From NCBI GenBank assembly GCA_040902205.1, contig JBBDXR010000014.1:52166-116165 (forward strand): DNA of 64,000 nucleotides. The letters run 5' to 3'. The notes below the pieces were generated by a model. That model was not told the DNA's origin, did not search any database, and saw only the letters and a list, made by a program, of their open reading frames with translations. The position numbers were made by a program, and so were the translations under genes. The stretch is from Anaerolineales bacterium (lineage in GTDB: Bacteria; Chloroflexota; Anaerolineae; Anaerolineales; UBA11579). This document shows positions 8,853-19,153 of this stretch, piece after piece. Within the stretch, counting starts at the first letter, position 1, and the number at the start of each line of letters is the position of its first letter.

Positions 8853-8886
8853 AAAACAAATACGGCCTTCGGGCCGTGTTTGTTTT
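8853..8886 (+). terminator. Intrinsic terminator
   Basis: aaaacaaatacggcc-ttcg-ggccgtgtttgtttt. Confidence 0.8.
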
Positions 8887-8934
8887 AATCAAATGCTTTT
8901 TCAGGGACCCGCGCGCAGGTCGAGCTAAATACAC

Positions 8935-8960
8935 AGCGGGCAGCCAAATGGCTGCCCGCT
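8935..8960. terminator. Hairpin, probable terminator of the minus-strand gene
   Basis: agcgggcagcca-aa-tggctgcccgct. Confidence 0.55.
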
Positions 8961-8984
8961 TGATTCCTAGCTCGCGCTTGCTGC

Positions 8985-10046
8985 CTAATTCGAAAACGTG
9001 AACGAGGCTTGCAAGCTGCTCCCGTAATAGATATCAAAACGATACAGCGTATGGACGGGGTTGTTCGGGTTGGAGCCCAGGCTGGTCACGGTCACCGACC
9101 AGCCATTGCTGTTGGGGCTGCTGAAGCTGGCGCTCTCCCCCACCGCCAGCGCCGCCAGGCTGCCCAGCGGGACATTGGCGATGCGGCCATTTTCGCCCAA
9201 GACCTTGATGCCCCCATCATCTTCCACAGCAACCAGGCTGCCGTTGGAGAACAGTACGCGGGCGCCGTTTTCAACCAGATCCTGCAACAAGCCTATCAGC
9301 GATTCGAAATTCACCCAGGTATAGGCGTGCCCATTGACCGTCAATGTTCCGCCCGCGGCGCTGTAGCCGCTCAACTCAGATTGCCTCAACGCTCTGAATC
9401 GCAGCGTATCTGTGCCGTCACCGCCATCGATGGTACCGACCACTTCGGCATTGGTCCCCAGCGTCACTGTGTCATCCCCGCCAGGCCTTCCGTCGTCATC
9501 GGCCTCTATGAATCCTGTGACAGTCCCGTTGATCTGGATATCGTCACTGCCCCCTTCGATAACGATGTTGTCGGCATAGATATAAGACACGGTTCCATTG
9601 ATTATGATCGTGTCATCCCCGCCATTCCTGGCGTGGTCCCCCTGAATGCCGTCGGCGGTTCCATTAATGATAATGGTGTCGTCACCCCCATCATATCCGT
9701 TGGCATAGTTTACATAGTCGCCGATCACCACTCCTGTTACCGTCCCGTTGATCGTGATCGTATCGTTGCCACCGTTGCCCTCTCCCAGAGTATTTATCGG
9801 GGTTCCATCGCCATTGACTCCTGCCACGGATGTCCCGGCGTCCTGTTCGAAGGTGTCATTACCAAGCCCCAATTCAGCAAACGGATCTGGCGCAGTAAGG
9901 TCGGTGGAACAGGTGATGTCGTCGATCCCAACAGTGCCGTCACAATCGCCAGCTATGGCCGCGGTTGCGGGGGCGGCCAAAAGCAAGCAGATCAAACTGG
10001 CCATGCTCATTCGATGCAAGAACGGGAAAACTGCTTGGAGCTTCAT
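8985..10046 (-). CDS. Secreted Gly/Asp-rich repeat protein (RTX-like beta-roll)
   Basis: Signal peptide followed by GGNDTITINGTV / GGDDTIIINGTA / GGDDTIIINGTV / GGSDDIQINGTV repeats; RBS GGAGG before ATG 10046. Confidence 0.72.
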   Translation of the reverse strand: MKLQAVFPFLHRMSMASLICLLLAAPATAAIAGDCDGTVGIDDITCSTDLTAPDPFAELGLGNDTFEQDAGTSVAGVNGDGTPINTLGEGNGGNDTITINGTVTGVVIGDYVNYANGYDGGDDTIIINGTADGIQGDHARNGGDDTIIINGTVSYIYADNIVIEGGSDDIQINGTVTGFIEADDDGRPGGDDTVTLGTNAEVVGTIDGGDGTDTLRFRALRQSELSGYSAAGGTLTVNGHAYTWVNFESLIGLLQDLVENGARVLFSNGSLVAVEDDGGIKVLGENGRIANVPLGSLAALAVGESASFSSPNSNGWSVTVTSLGSNPNNPVHTLYRFDIYYGSSLQASFTFSN

Positions 10047-10273
10047 CGGCGAACCCTCCACACCGCTAACAGCCCTGTAAGTGTTTTTCAGTGTACTTGC
10101 AAATGGAATTCCCGACAAGGGGCGGCGAAGCAGGCCACTCACCTCCCTTGTTTGGGCGGTTTGGCAGTGAAAATATCCTTACCGAGACCAACCCCTCCAT
10201 GATAGCCCGGCACGCGGAAGCCTACGCGGTTTGCAGATTCCAGATCGCGAATTGTCCTTTGGTTCTTTAGACT

Positions 10274-10336
10274 CTAAGGTGACAGATCCGTCTCCAATTT
10301 GCGGCTTTCTTCTATGTAAGCCAGGCTCCGGTGCCT
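10274..10336 (-). pseudogene. Orphan second copy of the 3' end of the adjacent ABC transporter gene
   Basis: Translates as RHRSLAYIEESRKLETDLSP*, versus RHQSLAYVEESRKLVE* at 10387-10437. Confidence 0.78.
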
Positions 10337-10386
10337 TGCGAACGGCTGCGCCGTTAGCGTTGGAGTTTGCTGCGCAAACTCCCCTG

Positions 10387-12198
10387 CTATTCAACCAGCT
10401 TTCGCGATTCTTCTACGTAAGCAAGACTTTGATGTCTGAAATATGTGTTGTACAGCGACGCGTAGTGGCCGCCCTGCGCCAGCAAGCCATCGTGGTCGCC
10501 TTCTTCGATGATCTGGCCCTGGCGCAGCACGATGATGCGGTCGGCGGCCCGCACCGTGGAGAGGCGGTGGGCGATCAGGATGCTGGTGCTCTCTTTGAGG
10601 ATCAGGGTCAGCGCCTGCTGGATCTGCCATTCGGTGAAGGGGTCGATGCTGGCGGTGGCCTCGTCCAGCACGAAGATGGCCGGCTTCTGCACCAGCACGC
10701 GCAGCAGCGCCACCAGTTGGCGCTGGCCCATGGAGAGCCGCACGCCGCGCTCGCCGACCTGCGTCTCCAGGCCGTCCGGCAGCGTCTCCAGCCATTCGCC
10801 GTCGCCGATGCGCTTGGCCAGCCGCAGGATCTGCGCTTCCTTCACGCCGGGCGCCGCGTAGCGGATGTTGGCCGCCACCGTGCCATCGAATAGGAAGGGC
10901 TGCTGCGAGACGATGCCCAGTTGGCGGCGGTATTGCGCCAGGTCCAGCGTGCGGATGTCCTTGCCATCAATGAGGATCCGCCCTTCCTGGAATTCATAGA
11001 AACGCGCCACCAGCTTGGCGATGGAAGATTTGCCCGCGCCGGTGTGGCCCACCAGGGCCACGTTCTCGCCGGGGCGAATGTGCAAAGAGAAATCGCGCAG
11101 CACGGCTTCGCGCTGCGTGTAGCGGAAGTTGAGGCCCTCGAAGAGGATATCGCCGCGCAGGCGGGGGACGTCGTTTTCGGCCAGCTGGATCACTTTGGGC
11201 TCGGCGTCGATCAGCGCAAAGGAGCGCTCCGCGGCCGCCAGGCCGGATTGCAGCTGCGTCCAGAACGCCGAAAGGTTCAGCACGGGGAAGAAGAAACGGT
11301 CCAGACTCTGCAGGAACAAATACCAGGCGCCGGCAGTGATGATGCCCTCGGCCACGTTGATGCCGCCCACGTAGATCAGCAGGGCGATACCCGCCGCGGC
11401 CAGGGCGTTCAGCGTAGGGAACACGGCGGCCAGCACAAAACCGCGGCGCATGTTGACCCGGAAGGAGGTCTGGTTGGCGTCGTTGAACTCGCCGAAGATC
11501 ATGTCTTCCTGGCGGAAGTTCTTGGCCACGGCGATGCCGCTGATCGTTTCCTTGATCGCCGCATTCACGTTGCCCATGGCGCGCATGCCGCGCCGCGTGG
11601 TGAAGCGCGCCGCGGCGCGGAAGGCAATGGCGCCCAAATAGAAGATCGGAAGCTGGGCGAACAGGATCAGGGACAGAAACCCCTGGATGAAGATGAGCAC
11701 GATGCCCAGCAGCAGCGCCTGGCCGAATTGCGAGATCAGGTCGGTGATCAACACCACCATGTCGCCGAACTCGCGGGTATCCGAGCTGACCCGCGAGACC
11801 ACCTTGGCGGAGGGGTTCTCGTCGTAGAAGGAGAGGTCGTGCGAGGTGGCCGCAGCGAAACCCGCCAGGCGCATGGCCATGACCACATCGCCGATCACCC
11901 GGGCGGTGAGGCGGCGGCGCCACCAGTTGGCCGCCCACACCAATATGCCGGAGGCGAGCACGATGGCGGTGACCACGATAATCTGCCCCTCGCTGACCAC
12001 CGCGCCGGCCAGGTCCAGGGCGCGCGCCAGCAGCAAGGGCACTGCCGCGCCCGCCAGGGCGGTGAGCAGCGACAGCAAGCCGATGCCGATCATCTGAGCG
12101 CGGTACGGGCCGAAGTAGCTGCCCATGCGTCCCAGCAATTGGCGGTCGCTGTATTGGCGATCGTAGGCTTCTACGTCCAGGCCGGAAAAGAATCCCAT
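10387..12198 (-). CDS. ABC exporter permease/ATPase, subunit 2 of a heterodimer
   Basis: TMD plus NBD: GHTGAGKS, LSMGQRQ, VLDEAT, IAHRLST. Confidence 0.93.
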   Translation of the reverse strand: MGFFSGLDVEAYDRQYSDRQLLGRMGSYFGPYRAQMIGIGLLSLLTALAGAAVPLLLARALDLAGAVVSEGQIIVVTAIVLASGILVWAANWWRRRLTARVIGDVVMAMRLAGFAAATSHDLSFYDENPSAKVVSRVSSDTREFGDMVVLITDLISQFGQALLLGIVLIFIQGFLSLILFAQLPIFYLGAIAFRAAARFTTRRGMRAMGNVNAAIKETISGIAVAKNFRQEDMIFGEFNDANQTSFRVNMRRGFVLAAVFPTLNALAAAGIALLIYVGGINVAEGIITAGAWYLFLQSLDRFFFPVLNLSAFWTQLQSGLAAAERSFALIDAEPKVIQLAENDVPRLRGDILFEGLNFRYTQREAVLRDFSLHIRPGENVALVGHTGAGKSSIAKLVARFYEFQEGRILIDGKDIRTLDLAQYRRQLGIVSQQPFLFDGTVAANIRYAAPGVKEAQILRLAKRIGDGEWLETLPDGLETQVGERGVRLSMGQRQLVALLRVLVQKPAIFVLDEATASIDPFTEWQIQQALTLILKESTSILIAHRLSTVRAADRIIVLRQGQIIEEGDHDGLLAQGGHYASLYNTYFRHQSLAYVEESRKLVE

Positions 12199-12203
12199 GC
12201 GCT

Positions 12204-13979
12204 CTACTCGCTGAAAATGCGCCGATACGCCCGGGAGGTCTTCATCAGTTCGTCGTGCCCGCCGGCGGCCACCAGGCGCCCCTTGCGCAGCACCAGGATC
12301 AGGTCCGCCCAGCGGATCTGCGAAAGGCGGTGGGTGATGATCAACGTGGTGCGCCCCTTGGCGGCGGCATAGATGGCGCGCTGGATCAGGTCTTCGGTGG
12401 CGCTGTCGATGGCGCTGGTGGAATCATCGAGCACCAGGATGGCCGGATTGGTGAGGAAAGCGCGCGCCAGGGCCAGCCGTTGGCGCTGGCCGCCGGAAAG
12501 CGTGACGCCGCGCTCGCCCACCACGGTGTCGTAGCCATCTTTGAACTCCAGGATGAATTCGTGGGCCTGGGCCTGCCGGGCGGCCTGCTCCACTTCGGCC
12601 CGCGTGGCGCTTCGCTGCCCGAAGGAGATATTCTCGGCGATGGTGCGCGAGAACAGGAAGATATCCTGCTCGATGATCGAGATCTGGCGGCGCAGCGCTT
12701 CCATGTTCCAGTCGCGCACGTCCACGCCATCCACGAATACTTTGCCGCCGGTCACGTCGTAGGTGCGGTTGACCAGCTTGGCCAGCGAGGTCTTGCCCAC
12801 GCCGGTCTGGCCCACAATGGCCACCGTGCGGCCGGGCTCAATGCTGAATGAAACTTTGCGCAGGGCCGGCTCGCCTTTGTCATAGGCAAAGGTGACATTG
12901 CGGAATTCAATGGCGCCTTTCATATCCCCGCTGTAGCCTTCGGCATTCTGGTCCAGCTCCGTCTCGCGGTTCATCAGATCCAGGATGCGGCGGGCGCTGG
13001 CCACGCCCAGCGAGACCTGCGAATAGGCGAACAGCGAGGTGAACACCGGGAAGCCGAATAATCCCAGCAAGCCGAAGTAGGCGATCACATCGCCGAGCAC
13101 GATCTGTCCCTGCTGGTAAAGGAGGAGCGAGTGCAGCAGACCGCCGGCGATGGCCACGCCCATCAGCAGCTGAGGCAGGAAGCGCGCCTCCACGTTGCCC
13201 TGGTGCACGAAGGCATTGCGGAAGCGGCGCGCATTGCGGCGAAAAAGCGATACCTCAGCCTTTTCCTGGGCCGCCCCTTTCACGGTCTCGATGCCATCCA
13301 AGGCCTCGGAGAGGCGCGAGTTCATCGTGCCGAAAGATCGGCGTACTTCGCGCGTGATGGGGTTCAGTTCCGTCAGGTATTGCCAGATGGACAGAAAATA
13401 TGCGATGGTGAACAGGATAGGAGTGAGCACTAGTTGAGGATGGATCGGATAAGAAGCCACGATGGGGCTAAGCAAGAAGAAACTGGCCCCGATCACCAGG
13501 TTGAGCCCGGGGCTGAACATGAGGTTGACCTCGCGCACATCGTTGGTGGCGCGGGCCATGGTGTCGCCCACGGACTGCAGACTGTGGAAGGTCATGCTTT
13601 TGCCCAGCAGGCTGACGTAAAGTTCTTCGCGCACATCGCGTTCGAAGAGCTGGCCCAGCCACTCGGCGCCGAAGTTGCGGGCGAACTGCAGCACGCTGCG
13701 GATGGTCTGGCTGATGAGGATGACCCATACGAAGCCCCACAGCAGGTCCACGCGGGGCGGGGATTGCAGGATGGCTTCGAAGGCCTCGCCGATGACAATG
13801 GGTGGGACAGTGGCCAGCCAGCCGTTGGTCACCGCTCCGAAGATCAGCATGAGCGCCAGCGGCCAGTAATGCAGCAGGCGCGTGAGCAGCCAGGGAATGG
13901 GGGCGCGGCGGTTGGACCGGTAGCGTTCCGGCAATGTAAATTCGGCCGCGTGCGAAACGGGCTGGGTGGCGGTGGTCAT
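12204..13979 (-). CDS. ABC exporter permease/ATPase, subunit 1 of a heterodimer
   Basis: [16 protein letters not shown], degenerate Walker B VLDDS. Confidence 0.93.
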   Translation of the reverse strand: MTTATQPVSHAAEFTLPERYRSNRRAPIPWLLTRLLHYWPLALMLIFGAVTNGWLATVPPIVIGEAFEAILQSPPRVDLLWGFVWVILISQTIRSVLQFARNFGAEWLGQLFERDVREELYVSLLGKSMTFHSLQSVGDTMARATNDVREVNLMFSPGLNLVIGASFFLLSPIVASYPIHPQLVLTPILFTIAYFLSIWQYLTELNPITREVRRSFGTMNSRLSEALDGIETVKGAAQEKAEVSLFRRNARRFRNAFVHQGNVEARFLPQLLMGVAIAGGLLHSLLLYQQGQIVLGDVIAYFGLLGLFGFPVFTSLFAYSQVSLGVASARRILDLMNRETELDQNAEGYSGDMKGAIEFRNVTFAYDKGEPALRKVSFSIEPGRTVAIVGQTGVGKTSLAKLVNRTYDVTGGKVFVDGVDVRDWNMEALRRQISIIEQDIFLFSRTIAENISFGQRSATRAEVEQAARQAQAHEFILEFKDGYDTVVGERGVTLSGGQRQRLALARAFLTNPAILVLDDSTSAIDSATEDLIQRAIYAAAKGRTTLIITHRLSQIRWADLILVLRKGRLVAAGGHDELMKTSRAYRRIFSE

Positions 13980-14062
13980 TCAGTTCATCGCAGAAAGGAA
14001 CGAGGAGAACAGGCGAAAGGATACCACAGGGAAAGGATGAGGGATGAAGAAGCTGATGGCTA

Positions 14063-14563
14063 TTAGCGGTTAGCTACTTTTTCCAGTGACAAGATCGTAA
14101 ATGAATAATCGTTCTTGGGGCCGGCGGAGAATTCCTGCTGATCCTTGACCTGCCAATCGGCCATATCGAGCGCGGGGAAGAAGACATCGGCGCCGGAGTC
14201 GGCGTGGACGCGGGTGAGATACAGGCGCTGCGCTAAGGGCAGCGCCTGGGCGAACACCTGGGCCCCGCCGATGACGAAGAGCTCGGCTTCGCCGGCAGCG
14301 CGGGCCAGTTCGATGCCATCTTCCAGTGAACCGGCCACCTGGGCATCCGTCGGCTGAAAACTAAGGCTACGCGAGAGCACAATGAGCTTGCGGCCGGGCA
14401 TCTTTCCCGCGGCTCCTTCGTAGGTCTTGCGGCCCATGAGGACGTGGTGGCCCATGGTGAGCCGGCGGAAATGTTTGAGATCGTCGGAGAGGTGCCAGGG
14501 CAGGCGGTTATCACGGCCAATGCCGCCGCGTTCATCCACCGCGGCGAGGATGAAAATGATCAT
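14063..14563 (-). CDS. folA: Dihydrofolate reductase
   Basis: IGRDNRLPWHLSDDLKHF, MGRKT, FVIGGAQV; downstream of thyA. Confidence 0.95.
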   Translation of the reverse strand: MIIFILAAVDERGGIGRDNRLPWHLSDDLKHFRRLTMGHHVLMGRKTYEGAAGKMPGRKLIVLSRSLSFQPTDAQVAGSLEDGIELARAAGEAELFVIGGAQVFAQALPLAQRLYLTRVHADSGADVFFPALDMADWQVKDQQEFSAGPKNDYSFTILSLEKVANR

Positions 14564-14642
14564 AGAGACATTATAGGGCAATAGCGAAGGCACGCTGGCG
14601 GAGACGGACGGCACGGGCCGTTCGTTTGCCAGGGCATTGGTC

Positions 14643-14693
14643 GAGACTTACTTCGTCGGGCGGATGGCTTCGCCTCGCCCTCCTCGCAATGAC
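14643..14693. repeat. Palindromic repeat half-element (GTCATTGCGAG-type)
   Basis: cttcgtcgggcg...cgccctcctcgcaatgac, related to the copies at 47910 and 53236. Confidence 0.6.
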
Positions 14694-15487
14694 TAAATAG
14701 CCACCGGGGCTTTGATGTGGGGATGCGCTTGATAGTCAAGCAGGGTGAAATCCTCATACCTAAAATCGAAGATGGATCTAACCGAAGGATTCAGCTGCAT
14801 GCGCGGCAAGGGATAGGGCGCGCGGCTCAACTGCAAGTTCGCCTGTTCGAAATGATTGGAGTACAGATGGCAGTCTCCCAGGCTGATGATGAAGTCGCCC
14901 GGGGCCAACTCGGAAACCTGGGCCATCATCAAGGTGAGCAGGGCGTAGGAAGCTATGTTGAACGGCAGACCAAGGAAAACGTCGGCGGAACGCTGGTAGA
15001 GCTGGCAGGAAAGCCGGCCCCCCGCCACGTAGAACTGGAAGAGCAGATGACAGGGCGGCAGCGCCATCTTCGGCACCTCGCCCACGTTCCAGGCGCTGAC
15101 GATCAGGCGGCGAGAGTCCGAGTTGCGTTTGATCTCGCGGATCACGTTGCCGATCTGGTCCACGGTAGCGCCATCCGCCGTCGGCCAGGAGCGCCACTGC
15201 ACGCCATACACCGGCCCCAGTTCGCCGCGCTCGTCGGCCCACTCGTCCCAGATGCTGACGCCGTGTTCTTTAAGGTAGGCGATGTTCGATTCGCCGCGCA
15301 GGAACCAGAGCAGTTCATGGATGATGGACTTGGTGTGCAGTTTCTTGGTGGTGAGCAGCGGGAAGCCCGCCGCCAGCTCGAAACGCATTTGGTGGCCGAA
15401 GACCGAGCGCGTGCCGGTGCCGGTGCGGTCACCTTTTTCAGCGCCGTGGTCTAGGATGTGGCGAAGCAAGTCGAGGTAGGGCTTCAT
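14693..15487 (-). CDS. thyA: Thymidylate synthase
   Basis: [39 protein letters not shown]. Confidence 0.97.
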   Translation of the reverse strand: MKPYLDLLRHILDHGAEKGDRTGTGTRSVFGHQMRFELAAGFPLLTTKKLHTKSIIHELLWFLRGESNIAYLKEHGVSIWDEWADERGELGPVYGVQWRSWPTADGATVDQIGNVIREIKRNSDSRRLIVSAWNVGEVPKMALPPCHLLFQFYVAGGRLSCQLYQRSADVFLGLPFNIASYALLTLMMAQVSELAPGDFIISLGDCHLYSNHFEQANLQLSRAPYPLPRMQLNPSVRSIFDFRYEDFTLLDYQAHPHIKAPVAI

Positions 15488-15770
15488 GAATTCAGTGGCG
15501 GTATGTCTGGAGAGTCATTATAAAGAATTTCCGTTCGATAGTTGTCCTTACGTTCAGGTTGTTGTTCGCGGAGATGAAAGTGCCATGCAGAACGAAATCC
15601 ATCAGAGAGAAAGGGTTCTGATAGCCTTCGGCTTATAGAGCCGCGATCGGATGGGAATTTAAGTTGTCGCCTCAGGATGACACAAAGGGGTGGGGAAAAT
15701 TGCTGCGACGATAGTAACGCTCGGAATTACAGGCCAGCGCGGGGAAACCCGGCCTCTACCAACCATGAGG

Positions 15771-16730
15771 TTAAGGCAGCCGTTCGTTCCACCAGCCTTC
15801 GGCGCGCTCGGCGAGCACCAAGCGCCCGGCTTCGATGTCGCGGTGGATCTGCGCCACGAGCTCTTCGACGCCGGAGAAGCGCTGTTCGGGGCGCAGCCGG
15901 GCGATGAAATCCAGCCGCAGAGTCTCGCCATAGATCTCGCCACCACCGTAATCCAGGAGATGCGTTTCCACCACCGGCTTGGTCGCCCCCGCCTCGAACG
16001 TGGGACGGACCCCGATGCTGGTCACTGAGCCCCAGCGCCGGCTGCCCAGCGTAGCCCAGGTGACGTAGATGCCCAGGCCGGGTACGGCGCGCGTTTCGGG
16101 CACGGCGATGTTGGCCGTGGGGATGCCCATGACGCGGCCGCGTTTGGCGCCGCCAACGATCTCACCGGAGAGCGCATATGGCCGGCCCAGCAAGCGGGCG
16201 GCCTGCTCGACCTTGCCCTCGGCCAGCAGAGCGCGAATGCGAGAGGAGGAGATGATCTCACCATCCAGCTTGACAACTTCGATGAGATGGACCTCGAAGC
16301 CCAATTCGCGACCCAGGCTTTGCAGTAAGGGCACATTGCCCTCGCGGTTATGGCCGAGGGCAAAATCATGCCCCACCCACAACTGGGCGAGGCCCAGGTG
16401 CTTCTTTAGTTGAGCGACGAAATCGCGGGCCGAGGTGTTGGCCACCTCGCGGGTAAAGGGATGTGTGATGAATACATCCACTCCCAGGCCGGCAAGCTGT
16501 TCGACCTTTTCGGCCGGATCGCTTAGGTAAAAAGAAGAGAGCGGTCCGCGCAGAATCTCGGCGGGATGCGGGGAGAAGGACAGTACGACCGCCGGAGAGC
16601 TCTGTGCATGGGCCGCGGCGGCCAAATCCCGGATGATCTTTTGATGGGCAAGGTGGACACCATCGAAGACGCCGATGGTGAGCCAGGCAGACTTGACCTG
16701 CGCGTCTTGCAGCGAATGCAGGTGCTGCAT
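15771..16730 (-). CDS. ribF: Bifunctional riboflavin kinase / FAD synthetase
   Basis: IGVFDGVHLAH, VGHDFALG, ISSSRIR, GIPTAN, GVRPTF. Confidence 0.95.
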   Translation of the reverse strand: MQHLHSLQDAQVKSAWLTIGVFDGVHLAHQKIIRDLAAAAHAQSSPAVVLSFSPHPAEILRGPLSSFYLSDPAEKVEQLAGLGVDVFITHPFTREVANTSARDFVAQLKKHLGLAQLWVGHDFALGHNREGNVPLLQSLGRELGFEVHLIEVVKLDGEIISSSRIRALLAEGKVEQAARLLGRPYALSGEIVGGAKRGRVMGIPTANIAVPETRAVPGLGIYVTWATLGSRRWGSVTSIGVRPTFEAGATKPVVETHLLDYGGGEIYGETLRLDFIARLRPEQRFSGVEELVAQIHRDIEAGRLVLAERAEGWWNERLP

Positions 16731-16745
16731 TTTTGAGGCCGCCAG

Positions 16746-17690
16746 TTACGACATGAAGACTTTACGCGGCTGCCACTCGTTGCCGGCGACTTCCATGACA
16801 GCCACCAATTCGCCCTGCTCGCTAATGGCGCGCGCCAGGCCTTTGTCGCCTTCTTTGGCCGGGATGCGATGGCCGTTGCGTACTTTGTCCATCATCTCGG
16901 CGTCCAGCTCGATGGCCGGCCAGTCGGCCAGGGCCTCGGAAGCGGGGATGAGGTGCTGCGCCCAGGAGCCGGTCTCGAAGGCATCCCGCAGGCGGCGCAA
17001 AGAGACGGCGTCTCGCAGGGTGAAGCGGCCGCTGCGCGTGCGGCGCAGGCCCACCAGGTGGGCGCCGGTGCCCAGCTTCTCGCCGATATCGTTGGCCAGC
17101 GAACGGATGTAGGTGCCCGAGGAACAATGCACATCCACCACCACTTCGGGGAGCGCCCATTCCAGCAACTCCAGGGAGTGGACGTGGATGATGCGTGGCG
17201 TCAGCTCTACCTGTTCGCCGCGGCGCGCCAGATCGTACGCATGCTGGCCTTGCACCTTAATGGCCGAGTATGGCGGCGGGGTCTGTTCGATCTCGCCGAC
17301 GAATTGCTGCAGCAACTCGGCGAATTGCTCGCGGGTCACGTTGACTTCCACTTCCGGTTCGGTGGTGGTGCCTTCGGCGTCGTAGGTATCCGTGGAGGAA
17401 CCCAGGCGGATGGTGGCCTGGTAGCGCTTATCCTCGGCCGAAACGAATTCGCTAAGGCGCACGGCGGGGCCGATGAGCACCACCAGCACGCCCGAGGCGC
17501 GCGGGTCCAGGGTGCCGGTGTGGCCGGCGCGGCGGATGCTGGTGCCACGGCGGATGATCTGCACTACGTCATGCGAAGTGAGGCCTACCGGCTTATCTAC
17601 GACGAGCACGCCGGAAACGAGATTGGCGGCATTCTGGTCGCTGTAGCCCCGGCTATCCCCTGACCGGTATGACTGAGAATTGTTGTCCAT
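16746..17690 (-). CDS. truB: tRNA pseudouridine(55) synthase
   Basis: DKPVGLTSHD, GHTGTLDP, PPPYSAIK, CSSGTYIRSL. Confidence 0.96.
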   Translation of the reverse strand: MDNNSQSYRSGDSRGYSDQNAANLVSGVLVVDKPVGLTSHDVVQIIRRGTSIRRAGHTGTLDPRASGVLVVLIGPAVRLSEFVSAEDKRYQATIRLGSSTDTYDAEGTTTEPEVEVNVTREQFAELLQQFVGEIEQTPPPYSAIKVQGQHAYDLARRGEQVELTPRIIHVHSLELLEWALPEVVVDVHCSSGTYIRSLANDIGEKLGTGAHLVGLRRTRSGRFTLRDAVSLRRLRDAFETGSWAQHLIPASEALADWPAIELDAEMMDKVRNGHRIPAKEGDKGLARAISEQGELVAVMEVAGNEWQPRKVFMS

Positions 17691-17742
17691 TTAAGGCTTT
17701 GTCCTTTTTGTCTAGTTTTCCCTAACTTGAGGTTACCACAGC

Positions 17743-18723
17743 TTAGGCCGGCATGTCCTGCAAGGCGGCGCGCGTGGCCTGCAGAACGCGGCCTTGCACT
17801 TCTTCCAGGCTGCCGGCCACGACGGCGCCGGCGGCCGGCACGTGGCCCCCGCCGCCGAACTGGGCGGCGATCTGCGAAACGTCCACGTCCCCCTGGCTGC
17901 GCCAGCTGATCTTCACTTGTTTATCGACCTGCTCGATGAATAGAACGACGATAGCGGCTCCTTCGACAAAGGCAACGTTGTTCACCAACTCGGCGTCATC
18001 ATTGGCGGGGTAAGCGGCCTCTTTGCGGTCCGCCAGGGACAGGGTGGTCCACACCAGGTTCCCGTTGCGCTGCAGCTTGGAGAGACCGGCGCCCCAGTAG
18101 CGCAGGGCAGTGAACGAGCGGCGCAGCAACGCGCGCTCATACAGCATGGGCAGGTCGGCGCCCTTCTCCACCAGGTCGGCGGCGATGCGCAGCGCTTTGG
18201 GGTTCATGTTCGAAGTGTGCAGGCCCATGGTGTCGGTGAGGATGCCGGTGAGCAAAGAATCCACCACGGCGGGAGAGAACTCCAAGCCGAATTCGGGAAG
18301 CAGCTCGGCCAGCATGGCGCAGGCGGCCACGGAGCCAGGTTCAACGATGTTGATGGCCGCGAAGCGCGTGTTGGTAATGTGATGATCGATATTGATCTCG
18401 GCGGCGGGGAAGCCGGAGAAGGCTTCACCCATGCGAGCGGGGTCGGCGGCGTCCACGCTGATCACCAGGTCGACGGGCGGCGCAGCGCGCTTGGCGATCT
18501 GCCCCACGCCGAAGAGATGATCGAAACCGGCCGGCACGCCATCGCTCAACACCATCTGCACCTGCTTGCCGGACTGCTGCAAGGCGAGGCCCAGGGCCAG
18601 GACGGAACAGACCGCATCGCCATCGGGACGCACGTGGGAGCCAATGAGGATGTGCTGAGCGCCGTGCATTTTGGCGCGTGCTTCTTTTACCAGGTTCTTA
18701 TCCACTCTTCTTCCCTTCGCCAT
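17743..18723 (-). CDS. nrnA: DHH/DHHA1 phosphoesterase (NrnA-like)
   Basis: HVRPDGDA, NIDHH, LTDT, GGGGHVPAAG; position between rbfA and truB. Confidence 0.88.
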   Translation of the reverse strand: MAKGRRVDKNLVKEARAKMHGAQHILIGSHVRPDGDAVCSVLALGLALQQSGKQVQMVLSDGVPAGFDHLFGVGQIAKRAAPPVDLVISVDAADPARMGEAFSGFPAAEINIDHHITNTRFAAINIVEPGSVAACAMLAELLPEFGLEFSPAVVDSLLTGILTDTMGLHTSNMNPKALRIAADLVEKGADLPMLYERALLRRSFTALRYWGAGLSKLQRNGNLVWTTLSLADRKEAAYPANDDAELVNNVAFVEGAAIVVLFIEQVDKQVKISWRSQGDVDVSQIAAQFGGGGHVPAAGAVVAGSLEEVQGRVLQATRAALQDMPA

Positions 18724-19072
18724 CGTCTTCCTTGTGCAGGGAGGCGATCAGTTTCTCGATATGCTCGGCGTGCTCGGGCGTGGGGTCCCACACGAATTTT
18801 AGGTGCGGGAATACGCGCAAATCGCTGCGCTGCGCCAGGGCGCTGCGCAGGAAGCCGGAGGCGTGCTCCAATCCGTTGAGGATCTCCTGGCGGCGATCGG
18901 CGCCTTCGAGGGCAGAGACGAAGATGTTGGCCTGGGAGAGTTCGCGGTCGACGCGCACGTCGGTCACGAACACGCCTTGCAGGCGGGGGTCGGTGGCCTC
19001 GAACAAGAGAATCTCTGAGAGCATTTCTTGAATGCCCTTGGCAATGCGGTTGGCACGACTCTGGGGAACCAT
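18698..19072 (-). CDS. rbfA: Ribosome-binding factor A
   Basis: RANRIAKGI, DPRL, ASGFLRSALA, PHLKFVWD; follows infB. Confidence 0.93.
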   Translation of the reverse strand: MVPQSRANRIAKGIQEMLSEILLFEATDPRLQGVFVTDVRVDRELSQANIFVSALEGADRRQEILNGLEHASGFLRSALAQRSDLRVFPHLKFVWDPTPEHAEHIEKLIASLHKEDDGEGKKSG

Positions 19073-19153
19073 TGGTGAGATCCCGGCTGACTAACGAGCC
19101 TCAGGCTAAGATGCGTTGGTTATCCATCAGGCGGCGCGGCACGGAAATGGAGT

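Noticed and set aside
10141-10270. Possible c-di-GMP riboswitch upstream of the RTX-like gene (GCAAACC present)
   Set aside because: The GNRA-capped P2 and the second conserved hairpin could not be found.
15488-15660. Possible folate riboswitch or small ORF upstream of thyA
   Set aside because: No recognisable aptamer consensus, and a TATAAT close to thyA leaves only a short leader.
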